DNA of 64,000 nt from Vermamoeba vermiformis. Its lineage: Eukaryota. The DNA lies in contig JBEWZL010000006.1 of assembly GCA_045837725.1 (NCBI GenBank), positions 124,001-188,000 of the forward strand, given 5' to 3'. A program made the position numbers and the translations under genes. This document shows positions 13,918 through 25,880 of the stretch, piece by piece. Every line of letters starts with the position of its first letter. Positions within the stretch are counted from its first letter, which is position 1. The notes under the pieces were generated by a model, which worked only from the letters and a program-made list of their open reading frames with translations, made no database searches and was not told where the DNA came from.

Positions 13918-16900
13918 TTAAAACTTCTCAGAAATAAATTCGCATATCTGATCCATGGTCTACACATACAACGTCGTTAGTACTCTCGTCGTCAACCCAT
14001 TATTTAGTGCGTACCGGTCGTTCAGCAGGATCCTTCTTCCAGCACATCTGCATCACTTCTTTCAATAACGGATCGCAGTCGCTGGGCAGTGGTGGAGTGT
14101 AGCCGTTGTCCCTATAACATAGAGTTAAGTACGCATGAGTAAATATCAATCTCTGAACTGACCTGATCTCACACGCAATCTCGATTTGATTCTCGCCGAA
14201 GTGCGGCTCTGATTCGTTTACAATTTCACTTACTAAATAAGGAAAGTTACATTAATAATTTAATTCCTCAAATGTGAACGAGAAAAAAAGTTACGTACTA
14301 ACGATGCCGAAGGTCCATACATCCGACTTGACGCTGTACGACATGTCTTTGATACTTTCAGGAGCCTATGAAGGGAGGTTACGACTAGCAAGTATTCTTT
14401 ATGGTTCTCGAGACGTACCATCCATCGCACCGGTCCAATGTTCGAATCTGTTTGGCCTTGTTGTGCTGAGTCCTTCAGAACACGTGACATTCCAAAATCG
14501 GAAATTTTTGGGATACCTTTGTCCAGCTGTCAAGCACAGTTAGAATCAGCTAAAATAGACAGGTGGCGTTTTGACATTAGCGCGTGTCAAAGTGTCAAAG
14601 TGTCATAATGTCATTTCCGTCAGTTTTCGTCAGTGACACTTACCAAGACGTTTCTGGCAGCCAAATCGCGGTGCACAATGTTGTGTGTGTGCAAGTGCGC
14701 GAGTCCCTGAGCGATGCCCTTGACCAGTGCGCGTTGTTCAGTCTGCGTCAGTTTCTGTTTGAAAACCACTTTGTCGAGACTGCCGCCGTCACAAAACTCC
14801 AAAATGATGCACGGCACTTCGCTGTCTGTGCTCACACCGTACGTCAACACAACATTCGGATGTGGTGGCATTTTCCTACACGAAATATAATCAGTTAAGA
14901 GACCAGGAGGTCAACGTTTGACACGTGTCATAAGATCACTCAAGCCTCATTAAACGCGGGCTTCTATAGCGATAAGATACAGATCTTGCTGTCCAATTGA
15001 CACGTGTCATTTGAATTTTTCACACTCAAAAGTTCCTCGATCACACGTGTCAAAATATATCTGACCACGTGGTCACTTAGTGGATCGAGGTATCGATGTG
15101 CTTTCGTGAGGGCTGAAGAGTTCACGGTGACACGTGTCAAACTGCAGTGCCCATGAAATTGTACTTACAACGTAAGTCTCGCTTCACGCAAGAACGCAGC
15201 ATAATCGTCAGTCTTGTTGTTCGTTTTGATTGCGACAACAGCGCCGCGCCATTTACTATAAAAGGAAATAGTTGTCAGCCAGGGAAATCACAATTATTAT
15301 CTCGTTTTCAACGTACCCAAGAAACACTTTGCCGAAGCTTCCTGAACCGATTTCTTTCATGAACGTGAGTGACTTGTACGGGATCATTAATTTTTGGTCA
15401 ATTGTTTCGTCTTCTTTTTGCGGCATCAACGAGTACGTGTCATTTGCAGCTCGTGTTTTCTGTTTGTTTTTCTTAGAAAAGTACACCGCGAGGAACATTG
15501 CTGCACCAATCAACGGCAAGCCAACACCGACTAATACTCCGATCAAAATATTCCGCTGGTCGATCGTTAGACCTGCGACTATTTCCGTATTTGGAGTTGT
15601 TGCTGGAACTGACGCGGGTACCGGAATGACACTTGGCGTGTCAAGCGGCGTGTCACTGATTGGCGCGTCATTGACCGGCGGAATAATTGGGCGATCTAAT
15701 TTTAGCACGTCTACTTCGTTAGTTATTCCGACGAGAATAATATCTCCGAGACAATCCATGCCAACGAATCCGAACATTGATTTCGGAACTGGCTCCGATT
15801 GATTAATTATTGCAAAGTCATTGTGCACGTCCAAGGCATAAATAACGTAATTTTGAGTCGTGATGATTAAGAGCAGCAAAGTATCGCTGTCTGGCTGACA
15901 GACGGAATAACTCGATTGTGCTGGCGGTGCTGCAGCGGAGATATTTGCAGGCAGTAGTGTTTTGATGCCTAGAGCCGATGAGCTGGTGCAGTACCAGTCC
16001 TGGAATAATATTTATCAATTTTATTTTACCTCAAAAAAGCAAAATAAATGTACCGAAGCTACGTTCTAATAGCATTTGGTACGACGGTAATATATTAATA
16101 AATAGTATACGTTATAATGAAGCTCAAACTGTACTTAAAAGGCCATATAATTTAAAGTTTTTCTGGATGTGGTAATGCACGAGTATTTTCTCGAGGCGAG
16201 TACGCTAAATATGCGAGAGTCATGCAATCATATTACTTACATTAGTAGTTTTTCCGCAACCGTACCACTGGTCACCCCTCGCAGTCAAGATAAAATCATT
16301 CGTATCGAGAATAATAATCGTTTCGTTGTTGCAGTCACTTCCCGCGCACTTCATAACTAGGTAGTCGTTTGATGCATCTAGCCATATGTAGACCCAGAAT
16401 ATGTCCACTGTAGAATAAAGCTTTAGAGGCTGGTGTAACGGACGAGATCCGAGCCAGATGAAAAATAAATAAATTAAAGTTGCGAGGCTTAGCTGGCCTT
16501 AATGCGCATTAAATGTACTTACAGGTACCATATGTAGTACCATATTTACTGATTTCAACGTCGTTATCCATAATGTAACTCAGTGGTCCTGGCTGGCTAC
16601 AATTGTAAACGGCTTGGACTCCGGTTCGACTCTAATGGCATCATTATTAGTATACTAAGTAATACCTAATAACGTATAGCTCAATCGAGTCTATAACATA
16701 TTTTTAGCGTTCGAGTAAGATCGCTGTGGGAAAGTTCCCACGGATCTCCGTCAAAAGTTGAATTTTCAGGAGGAAATAGACTTACTCGAAATAGATGTGT
16801 CGTTAATATGCCATTGCTAGAAGCAACACTATAAGTAGGCAAGGAGAAGACGATGTCTGGGCCTTGGCACTTCAGTTCTTCGTTTTCAACATTGACAATA

Positions 16901-17415
16901 TTTTGGATGCCATTGTACTGCATAATATTACCCATTAATATATATAAATATATAAATATATATATAGCATGCGTGGATATACACAGCATAATTAAGTATT
17001 GTTTTGAGGACTTACAGTGACGATCCCAGAAACAGCACAAGGCGAGCTGGATCCTTGAACTGCAGTGGCGGAATTATAGTAACTACCGTTAATATTAAAC
17101 GCCGTTGCATTCAAAGGCAAAATTTCAACGCTGCCACTCGTCGCATTGATCGTTATTTGAGCAAATTCTACGGCGTTAACTGAATCTGTTATGCAACCTT
17201 GATGAATGCTAGAAACAGGGTCGTAAGATGTTAAGCGAATGTCTCTATATGATTGGTTGCGTATTGTCTGTGCAGTAGTCAAGAAAGTAAAATCTAACAA
17301 AAAATATTTAAAATTATTATTGGATCTGCTAATGGATTAAATTTTATTACTTACCGATACATTGAGATAAATCAATATAAATATACAAAATAAATAAGAC
17401 CAAAAATAATCGCAT
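13918..17415 (-). CDS. Single-pass receptor kinase with tyrosine-kinase signature (TK/TKL)
   Basis: Signal peptide MRLFLVLFILYIYID, a Cys-containing ectodomain, a Pro/Thr stalk and a TM segment (ILIGVLVGVGLPLIGAAMFLAVYF). The kinase has GSGSFGKV, VAIK, HRDLAARN, DFG, GPVRWMAPE and SDVWTFG. Ectodomain exon boundaries are approximate. Confidence 0.85.
14580..15142. repeat. Intronic cluster of TGACACGTGTCA palindromes and TTTGACAC tandem units
   Basis: Perfect palindromes at 14919-14930, 14998-15009 and 15128-15139, with variants near 15042 and 15062. Tandem GTGTCAAA units run from 14584 to 14605. Confidence 0.75.
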
Positions 17416-17815
17416 TTTGATTATTTTTCTGTTTTCGTTCGTTATTTGCCACGCGCCACTAAATTAAAGTACTAATGCAAATAAAATGCTTAAATGATAT
17501 TACGCGTGGCTGTGTGAGCGAAACGCAACTGAAAATTGTTTTTAAGCAAAAGAAAAATTAGACTGTCCTCTTTCCAAATAAAGGAATAATTTTCAACAAT
17601 TTACTTTGCGTAGCGTACTGTCGAATTGCAGTCACTGTTATAATATAAGTGAATGGAGACTATTCATATAACGTAGCGTGGCATAAGACCAAAATTTCAA
17701 TTTATAAAAGCAAATTTGGATGTGGATCTTTTTAGTATTAATTGTCGCAATAAATCGATGATGAATCTAATTTATTCTTATAATAATATTCTAGTATAAG
17801 TATTGAATAAAACCT

Positions 17816-18486
17816 CTAATAGATTCCTCTGTTCAATACAAAAGTAACGACAGTGACAAACAAAAACAAAAGACCGCAATTGCTAGCTTTCTTAGCAAAA
17901 GGATCAGCAGTTTGTTTACCTAATATAGTAATCGAGCCAAATCCGGCAACAAAAGTCTGCAAAAACCATGGCAACCAGGGGCCGTGGAATTTAGTGATCT
18001 TCAAGGTGTAAATAGCTTCAAGCAGATGCGTCGCGATAGCAGCGTTAAACACTGTAAAATGTTTAATAAGGGCTATATAATACCTAAATGATACTTACAC
18101 AATTGAATGTAATGTTGGTAAGTGAAAAGAATGGCTGGAACGAATCTGAACAAAATCTCGATTATTAAACATTCAAAAATCGTACAATATTAACTATAAT
18201 ATATAATATAACGTAATTAAAGAAATGCACGGTATCCCACGAATTATTCTAATTAAATTGTAATTTTTACGGATTTACAATGACACGGAGTAAAAATCTT
18301 TTAAATTGTATTGCAAATTAAGCCTAATGCTACATACGGTCCAATAGGTGAAGCAACAATATCCTTCACTGGAGCATAAGCCAAGTAACCATGCAGTCCC
18401 AAGGCAACAACGACAATGAGCATTGGAGCCAAAGCGAGTTTAAAGCTCAGATTTTTTGGAGCTCGTTTCTGAAACTCTTTCTTCAT
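17816..18486 (-). CDS. TMEM254/DUF4499-like membrane protein, paralogue 1
   Basis: PIGPY...THLLEAIYTL...WFLQTFVAGFGSITIL resembles the TMEM254 pattern HxxExxYA...WFLQTFFFGIAS. Confidence 0.7.
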
Positions 18487-18635
18487 AGCGTAATTGATGG
18501 CAAGTTAATTTAATGAGCGGAAATTGCAGCAAAGTTATTTTCACCGTAAGAAATTTTGTCCCGCTCGTTCACTGAAAACCAGATCTTAATAGCAGGCGTT
18601 TGCATCGCGTAAACACCACTAAAATATGACGCAAT

Positions 18636-19315
18636 TTATTTAAACATGGTAGGGTACAAATAGTCAAGTCCAAAGACAACGCCGGTGGTCGCGAAGAACA
18701 ACATCCACATGTTCAGCGCAGATGAGGCAAATTTGTTATTTAATTGACGCCCCAATATATTCATTGATCTAAAACCTACGAGAAAAGTTTGGAATGACCA
18801 TTTGTGCCACGGGCCTTTGAAACCTGTCAACGCGATCGAGTAAAGTGCTTCAATGACATGTGTCGTAATGCCTCCAATGAAAACTATAGAATATATTAAG
18901 CTTGAGCATTATTTTTATATTTATCGTGGTAATTACCTAATTGATTGTAATGGCGATAATGTAAAAGAATTTCGGGGATAAGGCTACGTTTAGAGGCATT
19001 AGATTACCAATTTATAATATGTCATAGAGTTAATATATACACGGCAATAGTTTCCGATCATTATTAATTGTTTGAACTGCATTTGAGCGATTCTGTCATT
19101 TCTAAAATCTTCAGAGCGAATGCCACAGCCCCGAAATAAGCTTGAAAATGTACTTACGGTCCAAGTAAAGATGCTCGTACTTTTGCAGGGTCGGTAAAGG
19201 CGCAGAAGTATTGGAATCCAAAAGCGAAGAAATTTGCGATGATTGGAGACCAAGGTACTGGCTTGAAACTAATGTCCTTAGTCGGAGCTTTACTTTGGAA
19301 CTCTCTTTTGCTCAT
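18636..19315 (-). CDS. TMEM254/DUF4499-like membrane protein, paralogue 2
   Basis: MSKREFQSKAP...THVIEALYSI...WSFQTFLVGFRSM. Similar exon layout and motifs to the adjacent copy. Confidence 0.7.
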
Positions 19316-19520
19316 TTGTGATGTTTAATCGGTTGTTTAGTGCACTTGAAGTGAAAAAATCCTGCGCGAAATGCTGCCGGATTACGGAGCTATATTTATT
19401 ACGAGAAACAACAGAAGTGAACCACATACGAAGCCAGAATTATGAATGATAGACTCGAAAGCGATTAAACGTTGCGTTTATTCAGCAAATGATCGTGAAG
19501 CTGCGCAAGGTCAGGATTTA

Positions 19521-19800
19521 ATTTGCTAAGGAGTCCGCGATTATTAATATCGGCATTGATATTCTACTCCAACGAACAGCCGAATTCTCGCCTCTAGATT
19601 TTTTGTTATTTAAATTCATTTTTAAAAATATGTGGGTAACGATTAGGCTATCCCAACCGGTAAATACAATTTACCCTTCGAAATTAAAGTGATGATGATT
19701 AATATAAGTGGTAATATTACAAGGTAAGGCAAAATCAGATCTTAAATCTAGTTCTAACCATACCTCCTCATTAGGATCGATTGAGACTAGTGTAACAGCT
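19521..19800 (+). repeat. Dispersed repeat / decayed gene fragment, copy 1
   Basis: Shares TAAGGAGTCCG, GCATTGATATTCTACT and an ~85-nt block (TATTACAAGGTAAGGCAAAATC...CCATACCTCCTCA.TAGGATCGA.TGAGACT.GTGTAACA) with 25240-25380. Confidence 0.75.
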
Positions 19801-20745
19801 CATTATATACCAATGATATATATTTGAACCGTTGTTCGTTGCAATCCTCGCATTTGATACAGTTCATTGTTTCAACGCTCCCGTGCACCTTTTGAGCCAC
19901 GTGCCAAACCCACAATTACAAGTAAATCAGAATGACAGGGTGATATGATCGCTAGACGTGGGCTATATAGTGATGACGCCTGCCATGCTCACAGCTGTTA
20001 CGCTCTAGAGGAGTAGATCCACCACGAATACGTGACCTTCGAAGGAGAGCAGAACGCGAATGAAGATTTTGTTGAATTCAAATCACTCGGGCATGACGCT
20101 CACAATGCATTGAATGATGGCATTGGCACCTATAGGACCATAACTTCAATACTAACGGATGTGCCGAGGACCGCACATTGTACTTGGTAGTCGGCACGCT
20201 GTGGCCAATTGAAGATACAGTCCAGGTATAGTTGAGAGAGTACGTATTAAGGGCTGACTCAAAGTCAAAATGTTCTATAGATTTACTCGTTCATTAAGTT
20301 TAATTCCCGCTTTAACAGGTTTGACAGTAATTGCTACAATTCATCGCCAAACAATCAAATGTGCACAAATACAAACACAAGTCGTAAGAAGGACATCGAA
20401 TTAATGCAGTGATTGTTGGCCTTGTCAGATCCATGCCATTGAACATTGCAACAATTTACTGCAAGGATCACGAGTTAACATGGTGAAAACGGATTGCCAA
20501 GTTTTGCGAGGTATTCAATTTGAGTAAATCTCGAACAATGGAGATTGTCGTGCCGCGCGAGGTGTTTCGGCAATAAGAAGATTGACAGTTTCCATATTAG
20601 GAAAAGATAGCGTTATAGAAAATCTTTTTTTTTAAAGTTGTCCTTTAAGACACGTGCTCGGTCAGCCTTAAATAGCGAAAAAAATGTCTCGACTCACTCA
20701 ATCAATTATACTCGAACTTGGAACTTAGTAACGACCACACCTGCA

Positions 20746-23700
20746 ATGAATAAGGCTTTGGTTTTACTTGCGAGCACTCTGGTGCTTGTTACGTTTGTGA
20801 ATCTGGCTTATGCTACTACCGCTGAAACAGAAGATATCGCTGGCAAGTACATTCCTGTCAATAGGTTCGGCCAACCTGCAAAAGTAAGTATTTTAACGCA
20901 TTCTGCTTTGATCTAAATTTGTCTAATTCATCGCATCTAGTTTGGTGGCAAAAATCTGCCTCGCTCGATTAACGACGCTTTGCAATCGGGCGTCATGTCT
21001 CACCCTCTTCAAGGTAAGTACTACCGCGTTGTATTTGAATATGCAGTACTGTTTCGGTGGATCCTGATTCAATTAAATCAAAAAACTCCTTGCATAATGA
21101 TTGCTAACGATTGAAAAAATTAAGCTTCAATGAACCTTGATGAACATAGCGCTGTTTGGGTATCGCGCCATGAAAGTCTCAATAACGATGGAAGCGGTGC
21201 TCAATACGTTTCAATTGTTGAAAATGGAGATCAACAAGGCTCAACTATTAGTACTACTGTTGGGTTCCGCTCAGAGCTTATTAGCAGAGGTATGACGGCA
21301 TATTTCTTTGTTATACTTCTTTCCATCTGAAGCAGATCGTGATTCCGATAAACTGAAACAAATGTGCGGAAAAAGAATCTAATGCTTATTTTGAATAGAT
21401 GGTCGACTCATTATAGCAACTGTTGCCGCAGACTTATGGGGCGATAGTCGCAAAGCCATTTTTGAGTTTTTTGCGGATGTGCCTGCTCCTTACTCGTGCA
21501 TCCGAGTTATGCGCCGCAGCTATCCTCCCAAGACCCAAACTGCGACTACTTTAGTTAGTACCTATGGTGTAGATCCATTCTACTACCCTCAAGTTCCTTG
21601 CGCGTTGCACGTAAGCAAGATCTGATTACCTATTTAACGTTTCTAATCTTGATTTCCTTTAGCCTAATCCTGTTGATGAAGTCAAGGCTATAGCATTGGA
21701 CTTAGACCCTCGCACGAATGATACTATGCCGTAAGTCCTCGATTCAAGAATATTGTCAATTGTGTAACGGATCTGATTATTGAAAACAGAAACGATGAGA
21801 TTGTCATTGCTTACAGAGACTCGACTAATGGTCTCCTCATCGGCGCTTATTCTGATTATCCTATTGACCTCGGCGGTGGCTCTTCAATTGCTGGTGGAAA
21901 CTTGTCTTTGTTTGCGTCTCCAGATGCATCCGTTGCTGCTGAGCTTGCTGCCCTTAATCTGCCTGATAGAAACTCATACGATATTACTTCATGCGATTTT
22001 GACGGCGACGGTATCTTTGACGTTTGTTTGGCTTATAGCAAAGGCACCACTGTAAGTAGAGCAGATTTGATCTTTCAAAATTTATTCATCCTCGCTTCAA
22101 AAACGATACTAACTGCTGTATTAACAGCTATATGTCCGAGTATTCGGATTTTCCGGCTTTTCTCGCACTACTTTGGTCCAGAAGTACTCGAAGTCGTTCG
22201 GATCTGCTCCTCAAGACGCTAAAGTCGCTGTTGCTGCTCATTACCTTGGCAGAAGTACGAAAAATATATTACAATTAATATTTTAACTTTACTTATATTT
22301 CAAAAACAGAGGGAAACTACCAAGATGACTTCGTTATTTCAGTTTCGAGCATCCCGTCTTACTATCTTTACCTTGTTCGAATGAATGGTAAATTACATTA
22401 ATAGACATCATATTATATGTATAGTATATTAATACACAATTCATTAGGCTCAGACATCATTGCCAAGAAATTTAACTCGTTGACCCTCACTGGTTCGCCG
22501 GACAGTTTTGCGACAACATACAACATTCACGATCTCGCTATCGGAGATTTCGACGGAGATGGCCAGCAGGAGATCACTGTCAGCCATCACGGCATCGACT
22601 GTGCTAACTGCCCTGAAATTTCAGTCTTCCAGTATAACGACACGACCGGATCCCTCGTCAAAGTCCATCGCCAAACCGTAAGAAATTTGATATGATACTA
22701 TAAAGTATATACTGACATTATTGTAGTATACTTCTAGCGTCGAAGCAGCTGATTATGTTATGGAAATCGATGTTGCTCGCGTTGCCAAGATCTTGACCCC
22801 ATTAGCTGAACAATTGATTGTAATGCACAACGTAAGTAGTATTCTAATGTATATTAGATAACCAGTATCCTAAATATGAATGTTAATAGGGCATTCGTAT
22901 CATTGATATGAGACCATTCTTGACCAAGCCGGATGTGACTGAAGTTGACACAGATTTTGACGTCAAATACTTCGCGCAGTTCTCACAGCCTTATTTCCCA
23001 CAACACACGCACTTAGGTGTCGGCAAGGTCATTGAAAGCAACTTGAAGATTGGTCCGCCAGTGCACTCTGTGTACACTGAAGTGAGACAAGTCTTGGCTG
23101 TCATCAACTCACCGCCAAAACATCGAGGTAAGACACTATATATGATGAAATAATATAGTAATGTGGACTAACGAATGATTAGATTACTTGGATGGCAAGT
23201 TCATTGAAATTGGAAACAGCGACGGCAACACTCTTGCACGCATCACACGCTCCTCAGAAACCACCAAAAAGATTGGTGTCACGCAAAAACGTGATTGGGC
23301 CATCGGTGCCGGTGTCGAAGCCGACATTGGAAGTACGTGCTATATTTAGAAACCTATCTAGACCTATCAAAAGTACTCAACTCACGAAATTTTCACAGGA
23401 GTGTCAGCCTCCCTGACCACGACATACGGACAAAATTTTGAAAAGACTGAAGAGTCCGTTCAAACCGTGTACTATCAAGACGTGTCAGAGGTGTCAGGCG
23501 ATGACTTGATCATTCAGTTGCAGCTCAGTTGGGACGTCTGGGAGTATCCTGTCAAGAACAGCTTTAACAACGCCACATCGACTACGATTCTCGTTATGTT
23601 CCCTAGAATGAGCGTAAGCCAGCCACTTTAGTTACACTTCGTTGACACGTGTCAAGTGTCACGTTGTCGTGTTGTTTCAAAATGGTCACGTGATCTGACT

Positions 23701-25086
23701 AGTTCTATTTATAGCCCACCAATCCCACTCAACCTGACGTTGTCATGGCGTGGGTCACAGCGCGCACGCAAAAAGAAGTTCGTTCGTACCATGAAGTCGA
23801 CAACTTGTTCTCGTACCCCGAAGGAGCTCCAGCCGACATCACTTCTGCCTCGTACAGCCAACAAGTCCGCACTGTCAACGGTGGTGCTTCAGTCGGCATC
23901 ACAGTCCTGCTGACTGATTTGACCAACGCTGGTCTTTCTACTACGTCTACTCTCGCTTTTGATGCCTCGCTCAGTGTTTCTGCTGGCACTACGGTAAGTC
24001 TGCTTTGACACTTTGACACGTGTCATTAGCTATTTTTGACGCGCCAGGATGATCACGTACTAAAAAACGGTCTTCCAGATTCCCTTAATTGGTGACTTTG
24101 GTGTCAAACTGTCAGTGACTGGCTCGTACTCGTCAAGTGACATTCGCACTTCAGAAGTGTCACTTTTGACATCGACACAATTGGATGTTGAATACGGACC
24201 TGGGCAACAATACTCGACTTTGTCTTACAACGTCAGACCTTACATTTACTTCGCTCGAAATGGCTATTTAGGTACCTCTACTCACGTGACAATTAACCAA
24301 AAGTAGTAACCAATCGCGTGTATTTGTAGTGCTTGACTACGCCGTAGATTTCAATGGTGACTCGAACACAGTTTCGCAATGGCAATTGTTGTACGACAAG
24401 CCGGATCTGACTTGGAACTTGCCGTGGAGATGGGCTCGTAACGAATACACGAACGAATTTGACGTGAATCAATGGCGCACTAAAGACGTGTTCATTACGC
24501 CTCGCAGACCTTATGACGGACAAAATGTCACTCTGACAGCTCGTTTGAGAAACTACAGCATTAAACCTGCTTCAGGAAATTTCACCGTGCAGTTCTATCT
24601 CGGTACGCGAGATTAGATATTTCCCAAATGATATCTTTGCTAACATTTTACAGGTGACTTTAACAACCCTGCCAACAAATTTGGTGACACTGTTGTCGTT
24701 GACTCACTTGATGCCCGTGGTGACGCAGTCTTCACATTGACAGACGTCTATCGATCTGACGTGTACTGCCTCTATGGTGTAATTGACAGCGACAACGAAG
24801 TTGACGTAAGTTTTTTGACATTTTGACACTTTGACACGCGACATTTGTGACTCATTTATCTTTGCAGGAACTTCATGAAACCAATAACGTTGCGTATGCC
24901 ATCATTGGCGAGCCCATTGACACTCCTCTGTGCGGCAAGATTATCTCGGACAAGTACGGCGATGCTTTCGGCGGAGTGCCCAAGACCCCTCAAACAGTTA
25001 CCCAGACAAGTGGTGCTATCAGCATGCACGGATCTAGCTGCATTGTTGCTGCTTTGCTCGCTGTTGCCTCAATGGCCTTATTTTAA
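20746..25086 (+). CDS. Large secreted, probably GPI-anchored protein with FG-GAP/VCBS repeats and a C-terminal CARDB-like domain (many introns)
   Basis: Signal peptide MNKALVLLASTLVL. Ca-binding-type motifs CDFDGDGIFDV and GDFDGDGQQEI. CARDB-like VTLTARLRNYS...FTVQFYLGD...YGVIDSDNEVDELHETNNVA. Ends in a hydrophobic tail after SGA. Confidence 0.8.
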
Positions 25087-25239
25087 ATAGTTTAGCTTTT
25101 CTAGTTAGGTTAGATCGTTTTGCAGTTTCGTTAAAAGCTGAAATAAAGGCCTTGGGCCAATGATATTATCCTTTGCGATAAATATTGTGTTTATTCAAAT
25201 GAAGGCGAAGCTACATCAAAGTCGGGAGTGCTAGCTCCG

Positions 25240-25380
25240 TTGATAAGGAGTCCGATTTTTTATATACGCATTGATATTCTACTTCAACTACATGTAGTAT
25301 TACAAGGTAAGGCAAAATCGATCTAAATCTAGTCCTACCATACCTCCTCAGTAGGATCGACTGAGACTCGTGTAACAACT
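25240..25380 (+). repeat. Dispersed repeat / decayed gene fragment, copy 2
   Basis: Direct-orientation homologue of 19521-19800, lacking about 130 nt of internal sequence. Confidence 0.75.
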
Positions 25381-25880
25381 CTACTACCGCTTTATATATT
25401 TGGAATTGGGGTACGTTACAATTGCATTTGATAAGTAAATTCATGCATTTTATTTTTGCCGCCATTTTTAAATAAATAAGATTCAATTTGCGCCAGATAA
25501 GCAACAGAGGAACTACAAAGAAAAAACTCTCAAAAAATCCACATCGCTCCTGAAACAAATCCTCAAGAGGAAAAGCAAAATAAAAACTCGGGTAAGTATT
25601 GTAAGCGCAAAAAACTAATAAAATAGTGGCCCAACCTAAATTACTCCTAATTCAAATTAATTATTCATTCCTTTTGATTCAAAAATTGCGAATAATAATC
25701 GTACAGCTTATCCAAAATTCTTCGTTTTGAACGTTGCCCATACGCGTAATAATTATTTGCAATATTGTTATAATGAAAATATTTAAAGCCAAGAAAAGAA
25801 GTACGTGCGACAGCAGCAACAAAGTAAGCAAATCTTTTTCTCGATTTCGTCCCAAACGCTTAACTCTTCTTTTTTGAAGA

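Noticed and set aside
19800-20640. Possible coding fragments (e.g. IHHEYVTFEGEQ... from ~20017)
   Set aside because: No consistent start, splice chain or recognisable domain. Probably decayed sequence linked to the adjacent repeat.
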